DNA of 64,000 nt from an uncultured Desulfatitalea sp. (GCA_963668675.2 CAXXMB010000001.1:384001-448000); one strand, 5' to 3'; counted from the stretch's first letter, positions 1 through 11,116 are shown. Translations and numbers: made by a program. The notes: generated from the sequence alone by a model not told the origin.

Positions 1-58
1 TACGGGTCGGTCCGGCTCCGATTATCAGCACCTTCTTGTTCTTGAGAAGCGTCATCAT
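1..58 (-). CDS. 5' end of a gene running off the window (MMTLLKNKKVLIIGAGPTR...); CarB-like or Rossmann-fold protein
   Basis: Manual translation; AAGGAG RBS on the minus strand (61-66). VLIIGAGP resembles the CarB KVLIxGSGP motif and also FAD-binding GxGxxG starts. Only 19 codons are visible. Confidence 0.45.
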   Translation of the reverse strand, partial: MMTLLKNKKVLIIGAGPTR

Positions 59-254
59 CTCTCCTTTGCACTCGTGATCCGGATCGTACTGTGCCACGCT
101 TAAAGCACGATATTGCGATCCTGAGAAACAAAGCAGGAAATCTAATGGTTGGTTGACCGAAAATCAAGCCAAATGTAAGTCTGCGTCGAATCTTTTGCCT
201 CTTATATCTGATCCTTGCCTGCCTCCGGAGCGCCTTGTATCCAAGGCTATTCGC

Positions 255-283
255 TTGACATGACGGCCGATTGACATTAAAAA
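255..283 (+). promoter_or_regulatory. Possible sigma70 promoter for ileS
   Basis: TTGACA (255-260), 17 nt spacer, TAAAAA (278-283); a second TTGACA at 271-276. Confidence 0.35.
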
Positions 284-317
284 AGCCAGTCTATCACAAC
301 GCACTCTGGAGGATGGA

Positions 318-3122
318 ATGGACTATAAACAGACGCTCAACTTGCCGGCCACCGCGTTTCCCATGAAGGCCAACCTCTCCCAGAGGGAGCCTGAACAGCT
401 CCAACAGTGGGAAGAGCGGAAGCTGTATGAAGAGACACGCGATGCTTCCAGCGGAAGGCCACCGTTCATTCTCCATGACGGCCCGCCCTATGCCAACGGC
501 TATATTCATATCGGTACGGCCCTGAATAAAATCTTGAAGGATTTCATTGTACGCTCGCGCCAGATGGGTGGTTTCGATGCGGTCTACGTGCCGGGTTGGG
601 ACTGTCACGGCCTGCCCATCGAACACAATGTGGAGAAGGAGCTTGGATCTCGCAAAAAGGAGATGAGCCAGGCCGAAATCCGTAAACATTGCCGTACCTA
701 TGCGGAAAAATTCATCGACATCCAGCGCGACGAATTCAAGCGCTTGGGGGTACAGGGCGACTGGGAAGAGCCCTACCTTACCATGAACTACCCTTACGAG
801 GCGATCATCGCCAAGGAGTGCTGCAAATTCGCCTTGAACGGCAGTCTTTTTCGCAGCAAGAAACCGATCTACTGGTGCTGCAGCTGCCAGACGGCACTGG
901 CCGAGGCTGAGATTGAATACAAAGACGATACATCGCCCTCGATCTTTGTGAAATTCCCGGTTCTCGACGATCTGTCGCCCCTCTTGCCGGAGCTGTCGGG
1001 CCGGAAAGTCTTTGTCGTGATCTGGACCACCACACCATGGACGCTGCCGGCCAACCTGGCCATCGCCCTGCATCCCGATTTCACCTATGCCGCAGTGGAA
1101 ACCGGCAGTGGTGAGGTGCTCATATTGGCCCGTGATCTCGTGGCCCAATGCATGGCGTCGTTCGGAATCGAGACGTATCGCGAACTCGGGACCTTTTCCG
1201 CAGCAGATTTGGAGAAGAAGCGTTGCCGGCATCCGCTCTACGACCGTGAATCCATTATCGTGCTTGGCGATCATGTCACACTCGAGGCGGGTACGGGTTG
1301 CGTACACACCGCCCCCGGGCACGGCCGCGAAGACTATGAAGTGGGACTGCACTATAACCTGGACGCCTACTCACCGGTGGATGACCGCGGATGCTTCACG
1401 GACGAGGTCGAAGCATTCAACGGCCAGTTCGTTTTCAAAGCCAACGGCCCGATCAGCGATGCGCTCGAAGAGAAGGGGGCCCTGCTGGCCAAAGAGGAGA
1501 TCACCCACTCCTATCCGCACTGCTGGCGCTGCAAACGGCCGGTGATTTTTCGCGCCACCCCCCAGTGGTTTATCTCCATGGAGAAGACCGGACTGCGCAA
1601 GGCGGCCCTGGCGGCCATCGATCAGGTGGAGTGGATTCCGCACTGGGGCCGCGAGCGGATCTACGGCATGATTGAAAACAGGCCCGATTGGTGCGTGTCG
1701 CGCCAGCGTGCCTGGGGCGTGCCCATCACTGTCTTTTACTGCGCCAAATGCGGCGCCACCCATATGACCCCCGAACTGATGCAGGCCATCCACGATCTCT
1801 TCGTGGAACACGGAGCGGACGCATGGTTCGGCGAGGCGGCGGACAAGCTGTTGCCGCCAGGCACCACTTGCAGCCAATGCGGTGGAGACGCCTTTGAGAA
1901 AGAGACCGATATTCTGGACGTCTGGTTCGATTCCGGTACCAGCCATGCGGCTGTTCTCGAAGCGCGCGAAAACCTGCGGTGGCCGGCCGATCTCTATCTG
2001 GAAGGCACAGATCAGCATCGGGGCTGGTTTCACAGCTCGCTGCTGATCGCCATCGGCACACGCCAGGCGGCACCCTACAAGGCGGTCTTGACGCACGGTT
2101 TCGTGGTGGACGCCAAGGGAAAAAAGCAATCCAAATCGCTGGGCAATGTGGTCGCCCCGAAAGAGGTGATCAACCGATACGGTTCCGAGATCCTGCGAAT
2201 GTGGGTTTCGGCGTCGGATTACAGGGACGACATCCGGATTTCAGACAAGATCCTCAAACAGCTGACCGATGCCTACCGCCGCATCCGCAACACCAGCCGG
2301 TTCCTGTTGGGCAATTTGAGCGACTATGATCCGGCCGACCATGCCGTTCCGACCGACCAACTGCTGGCCATCGACCGCTACGCCCTGCACAGCCTGCAGA
2401 ACCTGATCGAACGCTGCAGGAATGCGTACGATGCGTATGAGTTCCATACCATCTACCATAGCCTGTACAACTACTGCACGGTGGATCTCTCAGCCTTCTA
2501 TCTCGATATCCTGAAGGATCGTCTCTATACATCGCCACCCGATTCCAAGGAGCGCCGCAGCGCTCAAACGGTGCTGCACATCATCGCAGACAATCTGGCG
2601 CGTCTGATGGCGCCGATCCTGGTATTTACGGCCGAGGAGATTTGGCGCTACCTGCCCGGCGCGGACGAAAAGGTCGACAGCATCCATCTGGCCAGCATGC
2701 CCGAAGCGGATGATGCTCTGCGGGACGATCGACTGGCCGAACAGTGGCGCGCCATCCGATCGGTGCGCGGGGAGGTGGCCAAAGCCTTGGAAGAGGCACG
2801 GGCTGCCAAGCGGATCGGCCACTCTCTGCAGGCGGAGGTGAGTCTGGGCCTCGACAAAGCGCTCTACGAGAAGCTGCTCCCCTACGCGGAGGAGCTGCGA
2901 TCGATTCTCATCGTATCGAGAGCCGAAATGAGCGAAGGCGAGTTTGAAGAGGGCTACCGAAATCCGGAAACCCCGGGTGTGACTGTAAAGGTTGCGCCAT
3001 CGGCATCGGAGAAGTGTGAACGCTGCTGGGTGCACGATCCCTCTGTCGGCAGCCTGACCGACCACCCGACGCTCTGCGAACGGTGCCACGGGAACCTGAA
3101 GCGCATGGGGCAGGTGTCATGA
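318..3122 (+). CDS. ileS: Isoleucyl-tRNA synthetase
   Basis: [49 protein letters not shown]-terminal Zn-finger CERCW...CERC; GGAGG RBS. Confidence 0.98.
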   Translation: MDYKQTLNLPATAFPMKANLSQREPEQLQQWEERKLYEETRDASSGRPPFILHDGPPYANGYIHIGTALNKILKDFIVRSRQMGGFDAVYVPGWDCHGLPIEHNVEKELGSRKKEMSQAEIRKHCRTYAEKFIDIQRDEFKRLGVQGDWEEPYLTMNYPYEAIIAKECCKFALNGSLFRSKKPIYWCCSCQTALAEAEIEYKDDTSPSIFVKFPVLDDLSPLLPELSGRKVFVVIWTTTPWTLPANLAIALHPDFTYAAVETGSGEVLILARDLVAQCMASFGIETYRELGTFSAADLEKKRCRHPLYDRESIIVLGDHVTLEAGTGCVHTAPGHGREDYEVGLHYNLDAYSPVDDRGCFTDEVEAFNGQFVFKANGPISDALEEKGALLAKEEITHSYPHCWRCKRPVIFRATPQWFISMEKTGLRKAALAAIDQVEWIPHWGRERIYGMIENRPDWCVSRQRAWGVPITVFYCAKCGATHMTPELMQAIHDLFVEHGADAWFGEAADKLLPPGTTCSQCGGDAFEKETDILDVWFDSGTSHAAVLEARENLRWPADLYLEGTDQHRGWFHSSLLIAIGTRQAAPYKAVLTHGFVVDAKGKKQSKSLGNVVAPKEVINRYGSEILRMWVSASDYRDDIRISDKILKQLTDAYRRIRNTSRFLLGNLSDYDPADHAVPTDQLLAIDRYALHSLQNLIERCRNAYDAYEFHTIYHSLYNYCTVDLSAFYLDILKDRLYTSPPDSKERRSAQTVLHIIADNLARLMAPILVFTAEEIWRYLPGADEKVDSIHLASMPEADDALRDDRLAEQWRAIRSVRGEVAKALEEARAAKRIGHSLQAEVSLGLDKALYEKLLPYAEELRSILIVSRAEMSEGEFEEGYRNPETPGVTVKVAPSASEKCERCWVHDPSVGSLTDHPTLCERCHGNLKRMGQVS

Positions 3123-3640
3123 CAGGTGACCGGGCACAAGAGTGGAAAGATGCCGTGATGGTGCAAAAATATCTGCGGTTCAGCATTATCGGCTTCGGCG
3201 TGGTCCTGCTCGACCAGGTGACCAAAATATTGGTGATGCACTACATGCCGTTGCACGATTCGATCACCATCATTCCCGGCTTTTTCAGCTTGACCCATGT
3301 GCACAACCCCGGCGGCGCTTTCGGATTTATGGCCCAGAACAGTTCTCCTCTGCGGCACTGGCTCTTTCTGTTGGCCGCCTTCTTCGCCTTGGGTATGATT
3401 CTCTACTTCTATCACCAGACGCCCAGGTCGCATCCCTTCTTCGGGTTTGCCCTGGCACTGATTTTCGGCGGTGCCATCGGAAACCTGATTGACCGACTGC
3501 GTTTTGGAGAGGTGATCGACTTTCTGGATGTCTATGTGGGCTATCTGCACTGGCCCACGTTTAATGTGGCCGACAGCGCCGTCACCGTAGGTGTGATCAT
3601 TTTTCTATCCCACGTCATTACGAAAAAGATGCCGCTGTAA
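3119..3640 (+). CDS. lspA: Lipoprotein signal peptidase II
   Basis: [32 protein letters not shown] motifs; classic ileS-lspA order; ATGA overlap with the ileS stop (start could be 3158). Confidence 0.96.
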   Translation: MTGDRAQEWKDAVMVQKYLRFSIIGFGVVLLDQVTKILVMHYMPLHDSITIIPGFFSLTHVHNPGGAFGFMAQNSSPLRHWLFLLAAFFALGMILYFYHQTPRSHPFFGFALALIFGGAIGNLIDRLRFGEVIDFLDVYVGYLHWPTFNVADSAVTVGVIIFLSHVITKKMPL

Positions 3641-3718
3641 CAGGCCCTCTCTTTGTCAAACGATAGAAGCGCCACAGCACCGCTAACGGCGAGTCCTTAA
3701 TTACATCCTCGCGACGCC

Positions 3719-5191
3719 ATGACTGAAATCGCCTATAGACAGATCTCCGATTACCTTAAAAAGACGGCTCTGCCGGAGATCCCGGCGGTCTGCATGATCC
3801 ATGGAGAGCCATCGCTTGTCGAGCAGTGCACAGGGCCTCTGGTCGAACATCTGCTTGCCGGCGCCGACAGGGAGATCAACTGCGAGGTGATCGATGGGCT
3901 GATGGAGAACGTTCCCGATCTTCTGGAGAGCCTCAACACCTACGCCATGATGGCCGGTTCGAAGGTGGTCTGGTTCAAAGATGTCAAGCTGTTCGACACC
4001 GCAGGCCGCCACCAGCGCATGTTCGACCAGATCGTGCAGGCTTATGAAGCGGACAACCTTAAAAAGGCGGCCAGGGCATTTTTAAGCCTCTGTGTCCAAC
4101 TGGGAATCGAAGCTCCGGGAGAGATGACTGCGGGCAGACAATACCCCGGTGAGTTGAAACCGCTCGTCGATGCGTTGGGCAGTGACGGTGTCAAACGGCT
4201 GAGCGACCACATCCATGAACAGGGGTGGGCCGCCAATGCCTCCGCCGACTATCTTCAGGCGTTGATCGATGCCATTGGAAAAGGGTTTCCGCCCGGCCAT
4301 TTTCTGCTGATCACCTCCGGCAGCAAGGTGCCCAAAAATAGAAAATTTTACAAAAGCGTTGCGGCCAAAGGGGTTGTGGTCGACTGTCACGTGCCCCTGG
4401 GTGAACGCAAAGCCGATAAGGCGGCCCAGGAGACGGTGCTCAGAGAAATTGCGGAGCACGCCCTGGCCAAGGCCGGAAAAAAAATGGCCCCGGGGTTGTT
4501 CAATCTTATGGTCCAGCTCACCGGGTTCGACCCGGCCACCTTCAAAAACAATATCGAAAAGCTGATCGATTTCACTGGCCGGCGTGCCGATATTTCGCGG
4601 GAGGATATCACCAGCGTTCTTAAACGGACCAAAAGCGACCCGATCTATGAAATGACCAACGCCGTCGCCGAGCGCAATGCACCATCGGCCCTCTTTTACA
4701 TGCAAACACTCTTTGAGAATGACTTTCACCCGCTTCAGATATTGGCTGCCCTATCGAATCAGATTCGAAAATTGATGATCGCCAAGGCGTTTGCACGCAG
4801 CGAATACGGCCGCAGCTGGAGCAAGGGGCTACCCTATCCCCAATTTCAAAAGCGTGTTTTAGGGGAGGTTCAGCGCTACGATGCCCATGTGGCCAAGGCG
4901 CGCCTCGATTGGAGACGAACCGATGACATGGATCCGGACGAGGGGCCCAAAAAGGGTGCGAAAAAAGCCGATATGGAGCTGGCCCTCGCGCCTAATCCCG
5001 GAAATGCCTATCCGGTATTTCAGACCCTGGTCAAGTCGGAAAATTTCAGCCACAAGGAGTTGGTGGAAACCATGATGCACATAAGTGAAGCCGATGTGCG
5101 CCTCAAATCCTCGGGCCAGGACCCCAAACTGGTCGTCAAGCATCTGGTAATGGGGATTTGCCGTGGATCGGAAAACGCGCAAACGGTGTAA
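3719..5191 (+). CDS. holA: DNA polymerase III delta subunit (long form)
   Basis: N-terminal IHGE motif, LNT..MM...KVV, NIEKL..F, C-terminal ISEADVRLKSSG; longer than typical HolA. Confidence 0.75.
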   Translation: MTEIAYRQISDYLKKTALPEIPAVCMIHGEPSLVEQCTGPLVEHLLAGADREINCEVIDGLMENVPDLLESLNTYAMMAGSKVVWFKDVKLFDTAGRHQRMFDQIVQAYEADNLKKAARAFLSLCVQLGIEAPGEMTAGRQYPGELKPLVDALGSDGVKRLSDHIHEQGWAANASADYLQALIDAIGKGFPPGHFLLITSGSKVPKNRKFYKSVAAKGVVVDCHVPLGERKADKAAQETVLREIAEHALAKAGKKMAPGLFNLMVQLTGFDPATFKNNIEKLIDFTGRRADISREDITSVLKRTKSDPIYEMTNAVAERNAPSALFYMQTLFENDFHPLQILAALSNQIRKLMIAKAFARSEYGRSWSKGLPYPQFQKRVLGEVQRYDAHVAKARLDWRRTDDMDPDEGPKKGAKKADMELALAPNPGNAYPVFQTLVKSENFSHKELVETMMHISEADVRLKSSGQDPKLVVKHLVMGICRGSENAQTV

Positions 5192-5374
5192 GGGAGAGTG
5201 CGATTCTTTCCGCCGGCCACTCGATACATGGGGCCGGCGCAAATCACATGTGGTTTAATGATTGAAACAAAAGACCCCGGTATGTTATCAGTCCAGGATC
5301 ATTTCCCCCTTGCCAGATAACTGACCGGGAAATGGGGTTCGTCTCACCGTAGATTCCAAGAGAAGGAGGATGTT

Positions 5375-6553
5375 ATGCGTACATTGAGGGCAACTCTGAT
5401 TTTGATGCTATCGGTCCTGCTTGTGACGGTTTTTATCTCATGCGGCAAGAAGCGCGAGACGATCATCAAGATCGGTATCAACGCGCCCATCACCGGGGAT
5501 ATACCCAAGGTGGGGGAGGGCAGCAAGTATGCGGCCCAGATGTGGCTTGAAGATATCCAAAAAGCAGGCGGTCTTCAGGTCGGGGACAAGAAGTACCCGG
5601 TGGAGTTGGTGATCGAGGACAACGAGTCCAAGGCCGAATCGGCGGTCAAGGCCAACACCAAGATGATTTCTGAGGATGGCGTCTTGGTGATCATCGGACC
5701 CCAGTCCTCCAAGCAGGCCATTCCGGCCGGCGGTGTGGCCAACGACTACCAGACGCCGATGATCAGCCCGTGGTCCACCAACCCCGACACGACCAAGGAT
5801 CGCCCCTTCGTTTTTCGCGGCTGCTTTCTCGATCCGTTCCAGGGACCGGTCGTGGCCAAGTTCGTCAAAGAGGAGTTGGGGTTGACCAAGGCAGCTGTGC
5901 TGTACGATGTGGCCAGCGACTACCCCAAGGGGCTGGCTGAATTTTTCAAAAAGGCCTGGGAAGACCTCAATGGCCCTGACTCGGTCGTGGCCTATGAGAG
6001 CTTTACGACCAAAGATACCGACTTCAGCTCCCAGTTGACCAAGATCAAAGACAGCGGAGCGGAATTTCTGTTCGCGCCCCAGTACTACAACGAAGTCGCC
6101 CTGATCGTGAAGCAGGCCCACGAGCTGGGATTTGACAAGCCCATTATCGGAAGTGACAGCTGGGGCTCAGCCGAGACGGTCAGCCTTTGCGGCGAAGATT
6201 GCTACGGCCTCTTTTTCAGCACCCACTACGCGGCCGCGGGGGCCCAGGGTGCCACCAAGGCTTTCATTGATCGCTATCAGGAAAAACATGGCTACGTTCC
6301 CGATGACGTGGCGGCGCTCACCTGGGACGCCATTCGGTTGGCGCAGCAGGCCATTGAAAATTCGGGCTCGTTGAGCGGCGACGTTAAAAAGGATCGTGTC
6401 GCGGTGCGCGACCAGTTGGCCAAGATCAAGGATTTTGCCGGTATTACGGGCAACATGACCTTCACCGAAGAGGGCGATCCGATCAAGTGCGCGGTGATCG
6501 TGCGCATCAGCGATCAGGGTGAATACGAGTTCTACAAGCAGGTTTGCCCCTAG
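5375..6553 (+). CDS. Branched-chain amino acid ABC transporter substrate-binding lipoprotein (LivJ/K family)
   Basis: Lipobox ISC, IKIG..APITG, ISPWSTNP, FRGCFLDPFQG, DFSSQLTKIK; first gene of a liv operon. Confidence 0.9.
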   Translation: MRTLRATLILMLSVLLVTVFISCGKKRETIIKIGINAPITGDIPKVGEGSKYAAQMWLEDIQKAGGLQVGDKKYPVELVIEDNESKAESAVKANTKMISEDGVLVIIGPQSSKQAIPAGGVANDYQTPMISPWSTNPDTTKDRPFVFRGCFLDPFQGPVVAKFVKEELGLTKAAVLYDVASDYPKGLAEFFKKAWEDLNGPDSVVAYESFTTKDTDFSSQLTKIKDSGAEFLFAPQYYNEVALIVKQAHELGFDKPIIGSDSWGSAETVSLCGEDCYGLFFSTHYAAAGAQGATKAFIDRYQEKHGYVPDDVAALTWDAIRLAQQAIENSGSLSGDVKKDRVAVRDQLAKIKDFAGITGNMTFTEEGDPIKCAVIVRISDQGEYEFYKQVCP

Positions 6554-6595
6554 TCACGTGAGCACTCAATTCCAAATCTATATGTAAAAAGGATC

Positions 6596-6620
6596 GTAGG
6601 GGCGGGGTTTATCCCCGCCC
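6596..6620 (+). repeat. REP palindrome GTAGGGGCGGGGTTTATCCCCGCCC
   Basis: Identical to the REPs flanking the RAYT gene. Confidence 0.92.
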
Positions 6621-6678
6621 TTGCGCCCATATCGCAAGACGGTCACCCAGCGGCCGAAGGTGAATCAGGAGCGCGGGC

Positions 6679-7602
6679 ATGGATTTTTTTCTGCAGAATG
6701 TGATCAATGCACTGCAATGGGGCAGTTTCTACGCCCTGATTGCCCTCGGCTATTCCATGGTCTACAGCATTTTGATGCTGTTCAACTTCACCCATGGCGA
6801 TATTTTCATGACCGGCACCTACATCGGCTTTGGTGTGGCCACGGGCCTGCTGGCCCTTACGGCCGCCGTGAGCTGGTCCCTGCCCGGGTGGCTGCTGCTC
6901 GTGTTGACCATCGTCATCTCCATGTTCATCACCTCGTTTTTAGGGGTCGTGGTGGAGCGGGTCGGATACCGCCCGCTGCGCGATGCTCCCCGGGCATCGG
7001 CGGCCATCACCGGCCTGATGATCGGCATCATGCTCGAGTACGGCAATCTGGCGGTGCTTGGCACGCGGCGCCTCAAATTCCCCACGATCATCGAGACCGT
7101 TACCTACGATGTCGGCGGGGTCTTTCTGACCAACAAGAAGATCCTGATCGTAGGGGTTGCGCTGCTGCTGATGATCGCTCTGCACCAATTCATCCAGAAG
7201 AGCCGGTGGGGGATGGCCATGCGGGCCATGTCCTACGACTTCCAGGTGGTGCCTTTGATGGGGGTGTCGCTCAACGTCATCGCACCGCTCACCTTTGCCA
7301 TCGGTTCGGCCCTGGCTGCCGCCGGCGGCATACTCTACGGAATGGCCTATCCCGTGCTTGATCCTTTCATGGGGATACTGCTGGGCTGGAAATCTTTTGT
7401 CGCCGCCATTCTCGGCGGTCGGGGATCCATATTGGGAGCGGCCCTGGCCGGATTCCTGCTCGGCTTCATTGAAATTTTTACAGCCATGGTATTTCCTTCA
7501 ACCTTCAGAGACCTCATCGCCTACAGCATTATTCTGCTGATATTGACATTCCGGCCCTATGGGTTCTTCGGACAGGCGCACAGTACCCAATTGAGGTTAT
7601 GA
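6679..7602 (+). CDS. livH: Branched-chain amino acid ABC permease LivH
   Basis: GSFYALIALGYSMVY...FNFTHG, G.AMRA, FVAAILGG.GS. Confidence 0.9.
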   Translation: MDFFLQNVINALQWGSFYALIALGYSMVYSILMLFNFTHGDIFMTGTYIGFGVATGLLALTAAVSWSLPGWLLLVLTIVISMFITSFLGVVVERVGYRPLRDAPRASAAITGLMIGIMLEYGNLAVLGTRRLKFPTIIETVTYDVGGVFLTNKKILIVGVALLLMIALHQFIQKSRWGMAMRAMSYDFQVVPLMGVSLNVIAPLTFAIGSALAAAGGILYGMAYPVLDPFMGILLGWKSFVAAILGGRGSILGAALAGFLLGFIEIFTAMVFPSTFRDLIAYSIILLILTFRPYGFFGQAHSTQLRL

Positions 7603-7624
7603 GAAAGCAGACGCAAGGCACTGC

Positions 7625-8920
7625 ATGGAAAGAACCCAACACTCCATATCGTCTTCTGAATCGCTGTTGAAGATGCTGTCCTTTATCCGGCGCTCGCTGG
7701 CTGTCGTTCCCGCGCTCGGTTGGCTGATCGGCATTCTGTGTGCGGTCCTGATCGAATACTTCTTCGGGGATACCTTGGCGGTGATGCTCTACCTGCCTAA
7801 AGTGCCGGCCCTCTTCGGCAGCACCATGGTGTTGAAGCAGCCATTGATTTTTCCGTGGGCGGTTCTCTTTGTAATCATCGTCTACGTGCTGCCCGTCGCC
7901 GTGATCGCTTGGCTATCGGTCGGCTGGACGAATCGTGCTGCCGCAGCGCTGTCCCGCATCCCGATTTGGGTCTCTGTCCTGCTGCATTTGGGATTGCTCT
8001 ACGCTGTGCTGCATGTCTGGACCGAAGCCAGCGACTACCGCCTGCAGGTCGCCAAATTGATCATGATCGCCGTGATGCTGACGCTGAGCATCAACGTGAT
8101 CAATGGATACATGGGGGAGTTTTCCTGCTCTCATCCGGGTTTTATGGCTTTAGGGGCCTACGCCTCTTCGATTTGCACCCTGCTGCTCTTCAAACAGGAC
8201 CGGCTCTTCGGAGCGGCCCTTCTTCCGGAGAGCTTGGGACCGATCTTCTTCCCGGTGGCGCTTGTGATCGGCGGTGCCGTAGCAGCCGCGGGTGCCTTGA
8301 TCGTGGCAATCCCTTCGTTCCGTACCCGGGGCGACTACCTGGCGATCATCTCCCTGGCCTTCATGTTCATTGTAAAGAGCGCCATCGAAAACATCGAACC
8401 CATCGGCGGGCCGCGCGGTATGGGCGGGCAGCCGCACTGGTCGACGCTTCCGGCCGTATTTGCCGGGATGGCCGCCTGCATTTGGATCATCAACAACTTT
8501 GTGCGCTCGACCATGGGAAAGGCGCTCAATGCCGTGCGCGACAACGAGATCGCGGCCGACGCCATGACGGTCAATACGCGCCGTACAAAGATGGTGGCCT
8601 TCCTGTTCGGCGCGTTCTGGGCCGGCGTTGCCGGCGGATTCTATGCCCATGAAGTGCGCCATGTGACCCCGGGCAGCTTCGGCATTCAGCAACTGGCCGA
8701 GATTCTGGCCATGGTCTACTTCGGCGGCCTCAATTCGGTGGTGGGGTCCATCGTCGGCGCGGTCAGCATCAGCATGATCAGCGAAATTCTCAAACCCCTG
8801 GGCCTCTATAAGTGGATCATCATCCCCTTGATCCTGGTGCTGGTGATGATCTTTCGGCCGACGGGTTTGGTTGCCTTCCGGGATTTTGACATCAAGAAGA
8901 TATTAGGGGCCAGAAGATGA
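7625..8920 (+). CDS. livM: Branched-chain amino acid ABC permease LivM
   Basis: GYMGEFS..H..F...GAY, RGDYLAI, AVRDNEIAA, GGLNS..GSIVGA. Confidence 0.9.
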   Translation: MERTQHSISSSESLLKMLSFIRRSLAVVPALGWLIGILCAVLIEYFFGDTLAVMLYLPKVPALFGSTMVLKQPLIFPWAVLFVIIVYVLPVAVIAWLSVGWTNRAAAALSRIPIWVSVLLHLGLLYAVLHVWTEASDYRLQVAKLIMIAVMLTLSINVINGYMGEFSCSHPGFMALGAYASSICTLLLFKQDRLFGAALLPESLGPIFFPVALVIGGAVAAAGALIVAIPSFRTRGDYLAIISLAFMFIVKSAIENIEPIGGPRGMGGQPHWSTLPAVFAGMAACIWIINNFVRSTMGKALNAVRDNEIAADAMTVNTRRTKMVAFLFGAFWAGVAGGFYAHEVRHVTPGSFGIQQLAEILAMVYFGGLNSVVGSIVGAVSISMISEILKPLGLYKWIIIPLILVLVMIFRPTGLVAFRDFDIKKILGARR

Positions 8921-9708
8921 GCGCTGCCGTTGAGAAAAAGCCGTTGCTGCAGGTTGAGGGGATGACGCACTACTTCGGTGGTTTGCGTGCCGTATCCGAA
9001 TACAACCTGACCATCGCCCCGGGGCAGATCCACGGCCTGATCGGACCCAACGGTGCAGGCAAAACGACCATTTTCAACTTGATCACCGGCATCCACACAC
9101 CCACAAAGGGCGATATCCTTCTGGCGGGTGAGAGCCTGCTCGGTTTGCGCCCACACGAAATTGCGAGCCGCGGTCTAGGGCGCACCTTCCAGAACATGTT
9201 GCTCTGGCGCCATATGACCGTATTGGATCATGTGAAGCTGGCCCACTACTCCCAGTTGAAGTATGGACTTGCCGGCGCGTTCCTTGGATCACGCCTGCGA
9301 CATCAAGAGGAGAAGAGGGTGGAGGAGAATGCGTTTCATCTGCTCGAAACCTTCGATGTGGCCCGCTTCGCCGATCAGATCGTGACCAACCTGCCCTATG
9401 GTGTGCAGCGTCGGGTGGAGATGGCCAGGGCCATGGCGATCCAGCCCAAAATTCTCTTTCTCGATGAACCCACGGCCGGTATGACGCCAGAGGAGCTGGT
9501 GCAGATGATCGGGATCATTCGAAAGATCCATAGCGAGTTCAGGGTGGCCATCCTGCTGATCGAGCACAGGCTCAAATTCGTCATGGAACTTTGCCAACGG
9601 ATCCAGACACTCGTGTTCGGCGAGGTCATTGCAGAGGGCACGCCCGAAGAGATCAAAAACAACCCGGATGTCATCGAGGCCTATCTGGGCAAGGAAGAGG
9701 TCGCTTGA
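8917..9708 (+). CDS. livG: ABC ATP-binding protein LivG
   Basis: GPNGAGKTT, RTFQN, LPYGVQRRVE, LDEPTAG, VIEAYLG. Confidence 0.93.
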   Translation: MSAAVEKKPLLQVEGMTHYFGGLRAVSEYNLTIAPGQIHGLIGPNGAGKTTIFNLITGIHTPTKGDILLAGESLLGLRPHEIASRGLGRTFQNMLLWRHMTVLDHVKLAHYSQLKYGLAGAFLGSRLRHQEEKRVEENAFHLLETFDVARFADQIVTNLPYGVQRRVEMARAMAIQPKILFLDEPTAGMTPEELVQMIGIIRKIHSEFRVAILLIEHRLKFVMELCQRIQTLVFGEVIAEGTPEEIKNNPDVIEAYLGKEEVA

Positions 9709-10421
9709 TGCAGTTGACAGTGGACAATTTGCATGTCGCCTACGGCCAGATCAAGGCGTTGCACGGACTGAAGTTTTCCATCGAACAGGGTGAGATCGTC
9801 TGTATCATCGGCGCCAACGGCGCCGGGAAAAGTACTACTCTGCGGGCCATATCGCGGCTGGTGGAGGCCGATAAAGGCTCCCGGATGGAATTCGAGGGCA
9901 AAGAGCTGATGAAATACCCGCCGGACAAAGTGGTCAGCCAACTGGGCATCTCCCACGTCCCCGAAGGCCGTCGGCTCTTCGGCAACCTGACGGTGAGTGA
10001 GAATCTTCAACTGGCCACCTTTGCCCGCAAAGACCGTGCATTGATCAAAGAGAATCTCAAGACCGTCTTCGACATCTTCCCGAGGCTCCTCGAAAGGGAG
10101 TCCCAGCTCGCAGCCACCCTCAGCGGCGGCGAACAGCAGATGCTGGCCGTGGGCAGAGCCTATATGACCGGCCGCAAAATGATGCTGCTGGACGAACCCT
10201 CCATGGGGCTTGCTCCCTTGATGATGCTCTCCATGTTCGATGCCCTCAAAGAGATCAACCAGGCCGGAACCACCATCCTGCTGGTCGAGCAGAACGCCCG
10301 CCTGGCCTTGAAGTTTGCCCAGCGCGGCTATGTGATCGAGAACGGAAAGATTGTGCTGGAGGGCGAATCCAAGTCTCTGCTGGAAAATCCGGAAGTCAAG
10401 AAAGCTTATCTGGGGGGATGA
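9708..10421 (+). CDS. livF: ABC ATP-binding protein LivF
   Basis: GANGAGKST, VPEGRRLF, LSGGEQQML, LDEPSMGLAP, AYLGG; TGATG coupling to livG. Confidence 0.93.
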   Translation: MQLTVDNLHVAYGQIKALHGLKFSIEQGEIVCIIGANGAGKSTTLRAISRLVEADKGSRMEFEGKELMKYPPDKVVSQLGISHVPEGRRLFGNLTVSENLQLATFARKDRALIKENLKTVFDIFPRLLERESQLAATLSGGEQQMLAVGRAYMTGRKMMLLDEPSMGLAPLMMLSMFDALKEINQAGTTILLVEQNARLALKFAQRGYVIENGKIVLEGESKSLLENPEVKKAYLGG

Positions 10422-10440
10422 GGCGGCTTTAGTTTAATCT

Positions 10441-11036
10441 GGGCGGGGATAAACCCCGCCCCTACGAAATATGATTCCAAACGTTGTGATTGAACAGCCG
10501 AAACGTAAAAGAATCCGTTTGAATGCAGCAGCATATAGACAAAATCATCCTTTTTCTATAACCATATCGACGTTTAATAAGTATCCATGGTTTCAGATAC
10601 ACCCAAAATTGGCAGAAAAACTTTCGGCGACCATTCTGGATGTGTCTGCTGCACACGGTACGCTCGTGTATGCATGGTGCATCATGCCGGATCATGTGCA
10701 TTTACTGTTACAAGATAGCGATATTGTCGCTTTTGTCAGGATGATAAAGGGGAGAGTTTCGCCATATAGCAGGCGTCTTGAACCGGGGCGAAAGCTCTGG
10801 CAACGTAGTTTTTATGATCATGCACTGCGGTCCGAAGAGACAATTTTCGACGTGGCTCGTTATATCTTTGGCAATGCAGTAAGGGCGAAATTGGTAACAG
10901 CAGCATCAGACTATCCATTGTCCGGTTCGCTCGTCTGGCCAAAGTGGAGGCAAAAGCTAACCGACTCGTAGGGGCGGGGTTTATCCCCGCCCGCGAACGG
11001 CTAACCCACTCGTAGGGGCGGGGTTTATCCCCGCCC
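10441..11036 (+). mobile_element. RAYT locus: inverted REP (10441-10465) + RAYT gene + two tandem REPs (10968-10992, 11012-11036)
   Basis: 25-bp GTAG-headed palindromes in inverted orientation either side of an HUH transposase gene. Confidence 0.88.
10471..10971 (+). CDS. REP-associated tyrosine transposase (RAYT; IS200-like Y1 HUH family)
   Basis: AWCIMPDHVHLL (HUH), LWQRSFYDHALR, YIFGNAV (catalytic Tyr region). Confidence 0.9.
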   Translation: MIPNVVIEQPKRKRIRLNAAAYRQNHPFSITISTFNKYPWFQIHPKLAEKLSATILDVSAAHGTLVYAWCIMPDHVHLLLQDSDIVAFVRMIKGRVSPYSRRLEPGRKLWQRSFYDHALRSEETIFDVARYIFGNAVRAKLVTAASDYPLSGSLVWPKWRQKLTDS

Positions 11037-11116
11037 GTATGTAGCAGGATTTTTTCGGTTATTTGATATGGTAGCACCTTCCACTATCTACAGCCGGAAA
11101 AAGCGCAGGAGCAAAA

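Noticed and set aside
294..2129. Long antisense ORFs over ileS, and similar ones over argC, folD, secA and clpA
   Set aside because: Expected shadows of GC-rich coding sequence; no motifs
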